Part shown: in pieces, positions 24,208 to 30,849 of the stretch
Layout: each line of letters begins with the position of its first letter
How positions within the stretch are numbered: the first letter of the stretch is position 1
Virus record (IMG/VR): IMGVR_UViG_3300030330_005305
Location: 1-30,849 of that record
DNA length: 30,849 nucleotides
Source: a virus
Taxonomy: Duplodnaviria > Caudoviricetes
Direction: 5' to 3' (one strand)
Program-made: the position numbers and the translations under genes
The notes under the pieces: model-generated
Seen by the model: only the letters and a program-made list of their open reading frames with translations
What the model was told of the DNA's origin: nothing
Databases searched by the model: none

Positions 24208-25798
24208 GTTCCCTCTCACGCTTTGCCCACTCAATCCGGCCTTCAATGATCGGATAGTAATCTTCTGTCATCTCGCATCCGATAGCGTCGAAGCCCTCAA
24301 GACACGCAGCTACGGCCGTTGTTCCAGATCCTAAGAAGGGATCGAGCACTGTTCCGTTTGGAGGCGTGATCAGTCGACACAGCCAGCGCATAACGCCGAT
24401 CGGCTTGACTGTCGGATGGAAGTTTTTAACATGATCCGCCGTTCTTCCTGCGCCCGCTCTTGGGTTGTCGAGGCCGGCAGATCCTTCGTTGCGGTCGACA
24501 GCCTCAAAGACTGATTTGCCTTGCAAATGCTCTAGTCCGGCCTCACGCTCAGATCTCGATGCTTTCGGACATTGATAAACATTAGCGGGCCATCTTCCTA
24601 TTTTCTGACCTTCTGATTGATTACTTTTTATGTCTCCATAATAAAAAATGGCTCTACCTGCTTGGCCAGTTGAGTGAGTGCTGGTTTCTTCTTGAGGGCC
24701 TACCCAGCACGGATCGCCATATGCAAATCTACAAGCGTCTATGTTGATCGCTCCTGTATTGTGCTTCAATACATTCTCAGCGACTGACAAGCCCTTCTCC
24801 AGTGGCTTTCGTGCAAGGATCGCAGGCTCGTAGCTAGGCTTCAATGCGGTGCCCCAGCCTTGCCACTGTGCGGCCTGTGGAGTGGCTGGCTTTGTTATAT
24901 CTACCTCAACAGCGCTACTCCCACCAATAGTATGCCTGTTCTTGTCATTTGGATTTGCTATGCCAGACATTTTTGTTCCAACAACTTTCCGCTCCGCTCC
25001 GAAATGTTTATCAATTCCTTTTGATACATCATGACTCTTCGGAAAGCCGGAGAAGTACAGCCAGCTTATCATATCGCGGATCTCGAAGCCTGCATTTGCA
25101 ATCGCAACGCCCATCGGATGCACTGTCCTTGTAGCGCTGAATGCGACCATATGCCCGCCGTGCTTGAGTACTCGATAGCACTCTTTCCACAACTCAACAT
25201 TGAAGGCGATCCCGCTATCATCCCAGCCTTTCCCCATAAATCCGATCTCGTAGGGCGGATCGGTGACGATGCTATCGATCGAGTTGTCTGGGATCTCTTT
25301 TAATTTCTCCAAACAATTGCCCTTCAGCAGTGTGAAGTTAAAATCACTTTGAACGGGCGCAGGAGGCTCGACAATCGATTCTTCTTCCTCATCGCTATAT
25401 AGATCATCAAGTATGCCATCAAGTTCGTCCTCGTCCCATCCTAGGCCGCTAAGATCCTCATCTTTCAACTCCTCGAAGAGTTCTTGTAGTGCATCTTCGT
25501 CCCAGTCTGCTCGTTCTCCGATCTTGTTGTCTGCCAGCATCAAGAGCTTTGCGTCAACGGGATCGAGATCCATAAATCGCACTGGCACTTTTGACAGCCC
25601 GAGGCTCTGCGCCGCCTTATATCTTGTATGCCCAGCGATGATAACAGAGTCTTCTTTTCTGGCGATAATCGGGCTAGCAAATCCGAAGCGCTTGATCGAT
25701 CCCGCTAGCTCTTCGATGGCGTGATCATTGATCCGTGGATTATCTGGATGGGGTGTTAATGTATCGATATCGATATACTCTGCTGCAATCTCACTCAT
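24191..25798 (-). CDS. ParB/Srx-domain and DNA N6-adenine/N4-cytosine methyltransferase fusion
   Basis: N-terminal NPR...SIKRFGF..PI...IIAGHTR..AA; catalytic DPPY precedes HPTVKP and the SAM-binding DPFLGSGTT (beta-class order). Confidence 0.93.
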   Translation of the reverse strand: MSEIAAEYIDIDTLTPHPDNPRINDHAIEELAGSIKRFGFASPIIARKEDSVIIAGHTRYKAAQSLGLSKVPVRFMDLDPVDAKLLMLADNKIGERADWDEDALQELFEELKDEDLSGLGWDEDELDGILDDLYSDEEEESIVEPPAPVQSDFNFTLLKGNCLEKLKEIPDNSIDSIVTDPPYEIGFMGKGWDDSGIAFNVELWKECYRVLKHGGHMVAFSATRTVHPMGVAIANAGFEIRDMISWLYFSGFPKSHDVSKGIDKHFGAERKVVGTKMSGIANPNDKNRHTIGGSSAVEVDITKPATPQAAQWQGWGTALKPSYEPAILARKPLEKGLSVAENVLKHNTGAINIDACRFAYGDPCWVGPQEETSTHSTGQAGRAIFYYGDIKSNQSEGQKIGRWPANVYQCPKASRSEREAGLEHLQGKSVFEAVDRNEGSAGLDNPRAGAGRTADHVKNFHPTVKPIGVMRWLCRLITPPNGTVLDPFLGSGTTAVAACLEGFDAIGCEMTEDYYPIIEGRIEWAKREREHGPQE

Positions 25799-26408
25799 GA
25801 CTTTCTGTCTCCTCTAGATCAAAGAATAGGCCCTCATTCAGTTGTGAGAACGTGTCGAGCCGCCCTAGAAACTGTCTAATCTTGGTATATGGCTTGTCTT
25901 TGGGCGTTAGTACGATTACGACGTGCCCTTCTTGGATCGATACCATTATATTATTGTTGTTGTCTGTATTCATCATCGAGGCCATTTTAATCGCGCTGAG
26001 ACGGGCGATCTCTTCGTCTATTACATTGATTACATCTTGATTAACGATCGTAGGATCTAACGATAGGACAGTGTCTCTAGCGCTCTTCTTCTCCTGTTTC
26101 GGTGCTGGCTTCTCTTCTAGCTTTTCCTTCTTCTCTGAAAGATAATCCTTATCGATCCAGTATTTCCGATATCGTGTTTTACTTGGGTCGCAAGCAACTC
26201 GCCCGATCCAAATAAGCCAGCGAATAGCCTCTCTGAGTGCATCAATACCAACTTCATTAAAGCATTCCGCTATCTCTTTAATGCCAATTGGCATAAGTGA
26301 TTGACTTATAAAATACTCTATATCATTGGCTAATTCTTTCGGCGGATTGTTACGGCCCCTAAATCTTGATGACAGTTCTTTCCTGTATTTCAGTAGCGTC
26401 TTTTTCAT
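25791..26408 (-). CDS. Hypothetical protein with probable winged-helix domain
   Basis: GAGG RBS; MPIGIKEIAECF...ALREAIRWL...GRV...YWI wHTH-like pattern. Confidence 0.6.
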   Translation of the reverse strand: MKKTLLKYRKELSSRFRGRNNPPKELANDIEYFISQSLMPIGIKEIAECFNEVGIDALREAIRWLIWIGRVACDPSKTRYRKYWIDKDYLSEKKEKLEEKPAPKQEKKSARDTVLSLDPTIVNQDVINVIDEEIARLSAIKMASMMNTDNNNNIMVSIQEGHVVIVLTPKDKPYTKIRQFLGRLDTFSQLNEGLFFDLEETESHE

Positions 26409-26538
26409 TTTGTTCCTCGTCTATTTTTTGCATTGCGGAGAGTGCATCCTGATAGATACACCTAGAATTAGATATAGGCCGGATGCGATTAACACCCAGC
26501 CTACAAATATATTTTAATGTTTTCTTTATCTGTCTCAC
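26359..26538 (-). CDS. Possible small hypothetical protein (59 aa, GTG start; not in ORF track)
   Basis: GTG overlaps the stop of the RHH gene and the frame fills the intergenic gap; no strong RBS. Confidence 0.3.
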   Translation of the reverse strand: MRQIKKTLKYICRLGVNRIRPISNSRCIYQDALSAMQKIDEEQNEKDATEIQERTVIKI

Positions 26539-26744
26539 TATTTCAGAGCCTTGATAGCTACTCTGATGAGTGCCGAGCGGCTTGTATTGTATTCAGCGCA
26601 CAACTCGTCTATATCTCGAAGCGTTCCCGCGTCAATAGTGATGTTCAAGGGCTTAGTGCGCCCTGAGGCCTTTACGCGGCTGTTAAAGGCCTCATTTCGG
26701 CTAGGAACAGGGATAGATTTGCTGGTTGTTTTTAATACTTTCAT
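26538..26744 (-). CDS. Ribbon-helix-helix (CopG/Arc-like) DNA-binding protein
   Basis: PLNITID...RDIDELC....TSRSALIRVAI pattern; CGGAGAACAACAATG leader. Confidence 0.85.
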   Translation of the reverse strand: MKVLKTTSKSIPVPSRNEAFNSRVKASGRTKPLNITIDAGTLRDIDELCAEYNTSRSALIRVAIKALK

Positions 26745-26756
26745 TGTTGTTCTCCG

Positions 26757-26894
26757 TTATTTTTGGTTGATCCACTGAGCAAGAGCTTGGGCGCAGTAGA
26801 AGCACACGAACCCTCCCTCTGTTTTGTGAAAAGAAAAGCAGTCAGGATTGTTTTTCTTTGCTTCGTATCGTGTTTTTGAGTCTGAAAATCTCAT
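26757..26894 (-). CDS. Small hypothetical protein (45 aa, MRFSDSKTRYEAKK...WINQK; not in ORF track)
   Basis: AACGGAGAATAAAAATG leader; fills the gap between its neighbours exactly. Confidence 0.7.
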   Translation of the reverse strand: MRFSDSKTRYEAKKNNPDCFSFHKTEGGFVCFYCAQALAQWINQK

Positions 26895-26906
26895 TTTTAT
26901 TCTCCG

Positions 26907-27149
26907 TTACATGTACATTGCATAAGTGTTTTTATCGAGGGCGATAACATAGCCCTTCTCGATGTCTTCAGATAATAAAGGCTTCCAGTCTCCTTTGTAA
27001 TCTATTACATCAAGATACCATTCCTTGATCCCGTCAGGATCAAAGATGTAGACATCGCCGTTATTCCATGCGTCGATAGCTTCCTTCTTTGTTATTTTAA
27101 ATCCTGCACTGAGTGCGAGGATTAAAGCCAATTGTTTTGTTTTATTCAT
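26907..27149 (-). CDS. Small hypothetical protein
   Basis: CAACAACGGAGAACAACGATG leader. Confidence 0.8.
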   Translation of the reverse strand: MNKTKQLALILALSAGFKITKKEAIDAWNNGDVYIFDPDGIKEWYLDVIDYKGDWKPLLSEDIEKGYVIALDKNTYAMYM

Positions 27150-27484
27150 CGTTGTTCTCCGTTGTTGATAATTATTTTTTTGTTTCCTCTGAAGCCAATT
27201 GTAGGCAATTCGTCATCAGGAAACAATGATAATGATTTTAGTTTTTTTCCTTGCTCCTCTAGCATAATCTTGATCTCATCCAGCCCTCTTGCTCCCATGT
27301 ATTTTATTGATAGGACATCTTCTTCTGTTTTCAGCAAGAGATCGTCTATCGATAATATATTGTTTCGCATCAGTAGATTGCTTACCCTACCCGAAAAGAT
27401 CCAAAAGTCCTCTGGAGGCTTCTGTTCTTGTAGCTCTTTTTTCATCGAAGCAATTGCCGTCAATAACATAGCTCTTTTGTTCAT
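27146..27484 (-). CDS. RNA polymerase alpha-CTD-like protein (start revised to MNKRAML, 112 aa)
   Basis: SGRVSNLLMRNNILSIDDLLLKTEEDVLSIKYMGARGLDEIKIML aligns by eye with alpha-CTD ([45 protein letters not shown]); GGGGG SD-like sequence. Confidence 0.8.
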   Translation of the reverse strand: MNKRAMLLTAIASMKKELQEQKPPEDFWIFSGRVSNLLMRNNILSIDDLLLKTEEDVLSIKYMGARGLDEIKIMLEEQGKKLKSLSLFPDDELPTIGFRGNKKIIINNGEQR

Positions 27485-27488
27485 GTTG

Positions 27489-27794
27489 TTACCCCCTGTA
27501 ATCGTATGCTGTTGATTGAACATAAAAGTCGGCTTCATAACAAACAGAGCACGAGCCAGCCAAGTGGAGCTTATTCGGTGCTCTAAATTGTCCGTCGTTC
27601 GAGTAACGATATAGAGTTCCAGATACAAAAGCATAAAGAAACTCATCAGTATCGTTCTCTTCAATCCATTGATCGATCGAAGCGCTAATATATCGCTTTG
27701 CTGCGTTGATAGATTTAAATCCATTCTTTCCAAAGAAGCCCCTAACCCGTACAGACCCCGCTTCTTTCGATATTTCATGTTGTTTGTATTTCAT
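27489..27794 (-). CDS. Hypothetical protein
   Basis: CAACAACGGAGAATAAAATG leader; tiles between its neighbours. Confidence 0.75.
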   Translation of the reverse strand: MKYKQHEISKEAGSVRVRGFFGKNGFKSINAAKRYISASIDQWIEENDTDEFLYAFVSGTLYRYSNDGQFRAPNKLHLAGSCSVCYEADFYVQSTAYDYRG

Positions 27795-27795
27795 T

Positions 27796-28026
27796 TTATT
27801 CTCCGTTGTTGTCTTTTTGTTCTAGAACGATAATTCTGTTCGCTCCGATATCGAAGCTCAATGGGTGAGGCACACGAGCAACCCCAAGCGGAAGATCTTC
27901 GCCCTCTTCGTCTTTGGTGCAAGCCACACCAAAGAACTCGATTATAAGATTTGTTGCTTCTTCGAGCAGAGCAAGCTCATACTCGAAGTCTACATCATTC
28001 ACAATTACTATATCGCAAGTCATCAT
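27796..28026 (-). CDS. Small acidic hypothetical protein
   Basis: CAACAACAACGGAGAAATAAAATG leader. Confidence 0.75.
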   Translation of the reverse strand: MMTCDIVIVNDVDFEYELALLEEATNLIIEFFGVACTKDEEGEDLPLGVARVPHPLSFDIGANRIIVLEQKDNNGE

Positions 28027-28049
28027 TTTATTTCTCCGTTGTTGTTGTT

Positions 28050-28337
28050 TTATCTTGTTACTCTTGAGATAATTCTAAGTGCATTTTTCAGTGAAGAAAC
28101 ATTCTGATCATTTGCATAGCCGATCTCACCGAAATAAGCTAATTCAGCTTCATTTCTTGAAAGTGTAGTAGATTTGTATACTCTTCCTTTAGTGGTAATG
28201 ATGTACACATCATTTTTAATGATAAAATTTGCGTGTATATCACCGTGGATTTTCTTGTTAAATTCTCTAGTAGCTTCTTCTACTAGAAGCTCTTGGGTAG
28301 TATATTCTTCTGTTGGGTTATTGAGAGTGTAGATCAT
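28050..28337 (-). CDS. Hypothetical protein (first gene of the main early cassette array)
   Basis: AACAACAACGGAGAAATAAAATG leader directly after the promoter. Confidence 0.8.
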   Translation of the reverse strand: MIYTLNNPTEEYTTQELLVEEATREFNKKIHGDIHANFIIKNDVYIITTKGRVYKSTTLSRNEAELAYFGEIGYANDQNVSSLKNALRIISRVTR

Positions 28338-28367
28338 TTTATTTCTCCGTTGTTGTTAACTATATAT

Positions 28368-28396
28368 AGTGTAGTGTATATAATATACATAGTCAA
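28368..28396 (-). promoter_or_regulatory. Sigma70-like promoter TTGACT-N17-TACACT with TATGTATATTATATA in the spacer
   Basis: Near copy of the 10767-10796 promoter, including the downstream TATATAGTTAACAACAA. Confidence 0.7.
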
Positions 28397-28426
28397 TAGC
28401 AAGACACAAAATAAATAAAAATAATC

Positions 28427-28627
28427 TTATCTTGTCTCTCTAGAGCGATCAGCCAGTATCCTCAAGATCTGCTTCTTCGCCCATTCTGCCGCGTCTTTAT
28501 GATTGTCAACAGTCGCTAGCTTCTGTATTGCTTTTTCTTGATCTTCTGTGAGCTTCAATATGATCAATGGCGCTTTTTCCGTTTTCGGTCGAGCGGTCGA
28601 TGCTATCTCTTTTGTCTTTCTTTTCAT
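28427..28627 (-). CDS. Small basic protein, possibly ribbon-helix-helix (start revised to MKRKTKE)
   Basis: GGAGAATAAAATG leader; IILKLTEDQEKAIQKLA...AEWAKKQIL pattern. Confidence 0.6.
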   Translation of the reverse strand: MKRKTKEIASTARPKTEKAPLIILKLTEDQEKAIQKLATVDNHKDAAEWAKKQILRILADRSRETR

Positions 28628-28628
28628 T

Positions 28629-28913
28629 TTATTCTCCAAATAATGAGAGTTGTTTTATTGTTTTTCGTGTCGTGTGTACGACATTATTATTATGATCCCA
28701 TACCTCTATCCATCCATTCGGATACGCTGTTATGCAATATGCATCTTTCCGGACGTTTTCGACTGTTATCCGCCTAGCTTCCTCGAGCGAGAAATACCAA
28801 ACAGGTTTTTTTGTCTCTGGAAAAATGGTGTCGGGTATTGTATTATGACCACCTAACATCGATGAATTTTTTTGTCCTTTGGGGCATAGAGATGAGTACC
28901 AAACAGTGAACAT
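28629..28913 (-). CDS. Hypothetical protein with C-terminal QLSLF motif
   Basis: GAGG RBS; ends KQLSLFGE. Confidence 0.75.
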   Translation of the reverse strand: MFTVWYSSLCPKGQKNSSMLGGHNTIPDTIFPETKKPVWYFSLEEARRITVENVRKDAYCITAYPNGWIEVWDHNNNVVHTTRKTIKQLSLFGE

Positions 28914-28914
28914 T

Positions 28915-29250
28915 TTATGCCTCGAATAATGATATTTGGTTGCTTTTCTTCTTTGTTTTCTGTTCTTTTTTCAGTCTTTTATGATATAGCGTTACAGAGC
29001 CTTCAGGGCCTTCATGCATTATTTTATAATCGGCCTCTTTTGGGTTGCACTGAGGTTCTAAGCCACACACGAGAGCTTCTATAATCTCGTCTCTATTTTC
29101 TGCTTGTAGGGCTCTAGTAATAAATTCATACATATAGTCAGACTCGAAAAACTCAAAAAATGATAGTCCTCTCGTCCTTTCCCATTCTCCTTTCTGCTCG
29201 TTGTATATGTTCATAGATAAATCTCTATGTTGGTAGTATATCGCTATCAT
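28915..29250 (-). CDS. Hypothetical protein with C-terminal QISLF motif (start revised to MIAIYY)
   Basis: GGAGGAG RBS and ATGA overlap; ends NQISLFEA. Confidence 0.75.
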   Translation of the reverse strand: MIAIYYQHRDLSMNIYNEQKGEWERTRGLSFFEFFESDYMYEFITRALQAENRDEIIEALVCGLEPQCNPKEADYKIMHEGPEGSVTLYHKRLKKEQKTKKKSNQISLFEA

Positions 29251-29504
29251 TGCTCCTCCTTGCTCCATATGTTCGCCTCAAATCGTAGCTTCAATAGCCA
29301 CTCGATTAAGATCTCTACAACCTCAAGATCATGATAGTCCTCTTGCACAAGATCGCCCTCATAGCGCTCAGAGAGACGATAGCGCCGCTCTGAGGACTCG
29401 TATACAAAAGAAAATCGATGCTCAGAGAGATCCGTCGATCTGTATCTGATCAGATTAATCGTTTTACCCTCAAGAAGGGCCTCTCTTAGTTTTCTCTGTA
29501 TCAT
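29247..29504 (-). CDS. Hypothetical protein
   Basis: GGAG RBS; abuts the upstream stop codon. Confidence 0.7.
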   Translation of the reverse strand: MIQRKLREALLEGKTINLIRYRSTDLSEHRFSFVYESSERRYRLSERYEGDLVQEDYHDLEVVEILIEWLLKLRFEANIWSKEEQ

Positions 29505-30344
29505 CTAGACTCCATATTTATAAATAGTAAACATCTTATCCACTGTTTCGTCAAGCAGTAGATTCTTTTGATTTTTCTTCTTAACTTTCTTCTTCTTGCG
29601 AGCTAGAACCTCGTCAGGAATAGTCCAGCCGACAGAATGAGCCATGACTTTCGCCATGCTTGTCGTCCAAAAGTCATGCTCCCAAACAGCAGAGTAGTAT
29701 CTTTGCCCGTCTTTTTCTATAATCTCAACATATCCATGTTCAATTCGGTGTTTCCACATCAAATTACTCTGATGCGTAGCTCTTTGTTTTCCTTCAATCT
29801 TAGCTGGCTCGGCTCCAACTTTTCGGCAATGCTTGCAATTAGGCCCGCACCAATGATCATATCGAATTGCGGCTTTTGGATCGATTTTCAGAATAGTTCT
29901 AATCATATCCGTCCAGAGTGGTCCCTTAAGCGTCTCAGCGGCCTCGCAATCACATCGAGGGCTAACAGTTGTGTTGATTGTCTGCCCTTCTCCTCTAAGC
30001 CCTGCATTCGGGTCGTAATACTCAGCCCAGAGGATGCGCCAGCCGCCCTCCTTTCCCTCGTCATCTGTTCGGCAATGCTTGCAAAACGTCCCACGATCAA
30101 AGAGAAACCATTTCTCTTGACAAGTCGGCTGGGCTTTCACGAACTCTTTTAGGGCCGTCAATGTAGGGAGGAATTGCGGCATATGATCCTCAAGATAAAG
30201 ATCAAAGTACTCCTTGAGACGAACGGGCGGAACGCTTTTAAATGCTCTCTCGTATTTCTCTAGCGAATTGTTCCGCCAAAAGTTGTTCTTGTTGTAGTGA
30301 TCCTGTAAGAAAGACAGGAAATCCTTACAGATTTGTTTGTTCAT
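29505..30344 (-). CDS. Zn-finger protein, possibly a replication/helicase-loader-like protein (start revised to MNKQICK)
   Basis: CxxC...CxC and C-x3-CxxC clusters; QFLPTLTAL resembles the F.PT...L motif of lambda P/SPP1 G39P-type loaders; lies two genes downstream of the initiator-like gene. Confidence 0.55.
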   Translation of the reverse strand: MNKQICKDFLSFLQDHYNKNNFWRNNSLEKYERAFKSVPPVRLKEYFDLYLEDHMPQFLPTLTALKEFVKAQPTCQEKWFLFDRGTFCKHCRTDDEGKEGGWRILWAEYYDPNAGLRGEGQTINTTVSPRCDCEAAETLKGPLWTDMIRTILKIDPKAAIRYDHWCGPNCKHCRKVGAEPAKIEGKQRATHQSNLMWKHRIEHGYVEIIEKDGQRYYSAVWEHDFWTTSMAKVMAHSVGWTIPDEVLARKKKKVKKKNQKNLLLDETVDKMFTIYKYGV

Positions 30345-30574
30345 CGTTGTTCTCCGTTGTTGATTTTGCTGTATAACCAATCCGGCATGATGATTGTTGC
30401 TGTATATTCTCCTTGATCGATCACATCAGTGCACGATCTTGGGATCCACACGTTTTTTCCGTTGATCGTGAATTGCTGCGCCTTTGGCACTGATACCTGC
30501 TTTCCATTAATCCACTTTACGATCGATCGGTATGAGTTTCTGATCCACTTACAATTCTTAATAGTAATTGTCAT
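30341..30574 (-). CDS. Small hypothetical protein
   Basis: CAACAACAACGGAGTAATAACATG leader; extended -10 TGtTATGAT upstream at about 30607-30615. Confidence 0.75.
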   Translation of the reverse strand: MTITIKNCKWIRNSYRSIVKWINGKQVSVPKAQQFTINGKNVWIPRSCTDVIDQGEYTATIIMPDWLYSKINNGEQR

Positions 30575-30644
30575 GTTATTACTCCGTTGTTGTTGGTTGC
30601 TCTATAATCATAACATATATAATATGTATTGTACAGTATATAAA

Positions 30645-30849
30645 TTAAATAATCCCTGCTCTTGTCAGAGCATCCCTATTTTTGTTTATGTATTTCGTTC
30701 TCTCTTCCTCTGATAATCCCAATATCTGAACAGCGGAAAGAAGAAGATTTTCTTCCGTTCGTTCGTTAGATTCTAATTCTAATTCTGATTCTAATTGTGC
30801 GGGGTTGAAAGCGCCCGATACCTCTGGCGTTCTAGCGCTCTCGTTTTCA
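30645..30849 (-). CDS. Putative replication initiator (3' part of the junction-spanning gene)
   Basis: Same frame as 1-467 after circularisation. Ends ...LSAVQILGLSEEERTKYINKNRDALTRAGII*. Confidence 0.6.
   Translation of the reverse strand, partial: ENESARTPEVSGAFNPAQLESELELESNERTEENLLLSAVQILGLSEEERTKYINKNRDALTRAGII
30736..30849. repeat. Terminal direct repeat, copy 2
   Basis: Identical to 1-114. Confidence 0.95.

Noticed and set aside
25500-25798. ParB domain as evidence of a plasmid-prophage partition system
   Set aside because: It is fused to a methyltransferase upstream of terS, a common phage arrangement. No ParA or parS array is visible.
27485-27778. N-terminal half of the 210-aa ORF 27146-27778
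   Set aside because: It overlaps the RBS-supported gene 27489-27794 in another frame. The supported start is ATG 27484.
26740-28360. Repeated leaders as a CRISPR array or integron attC array
   Set aside because: The repeats are short, degenerate, non-palindromic and coincide with ribosome-binding sites. The intervening sequences are whole genes of variable length, and there is no cas gene or integrase.

Overview
This window is an apparently complete, circularly assembled genome of a long-tailed (siphovirus-like) dsDNA phage. Bases 1-114 are identical to 30736-30849, giving a unit length of 30,735 bp. It encodes an HK97-type head (TerS, TerL, portal, MuF-like protein, prohead protease, major capsid), a neck and non-contractile tail module (connector, gp10-like protein, tail tube, tail chaperone, tape measure, tip proteins), a separate + strand fibre block and a two-gene lysis module (L,D-transpeptidase-like endolysin candidate plus BhlA-like holin). 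It also encodes a ParB-domain/DNA methyltransferase fusion, a DEDDh exonuclease and a replication-initiator-like gene that crosses the assembly junction and is absent from the ORF track. I see no integrase, polymerase, tRNA or CRISPR array. Main observations: (1) The portal gene and the MuF-like gene are joined by a -1 shift at an A9 run, which would give a ~962-aa multidomain fusion. (2) The tail chaperone G/GT pair appears to use a +1 shift at UUU_CGC rather than the usual -1. (3) Small-gene cassettes are spread across the genome. They share a (CAA)n-CGGAG start-associated leader and a 15-bp promoter-embedded motif (WATRYRYATTATATA), several end in near-identical terminators, and some sit at the strand switches that split the structural genes. 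(4) Cassette cargo includes an RNA polymerase alpha-CTD-like protein, two proteins ending in beta-clamp-type QLSLF/QISLF motifs and a strongly acidic DNA-mimic candidate. (5) GATC is markedly over-represented in two hand-counted windows. All family assignments come from recognising motifs by eye, not from database searches.
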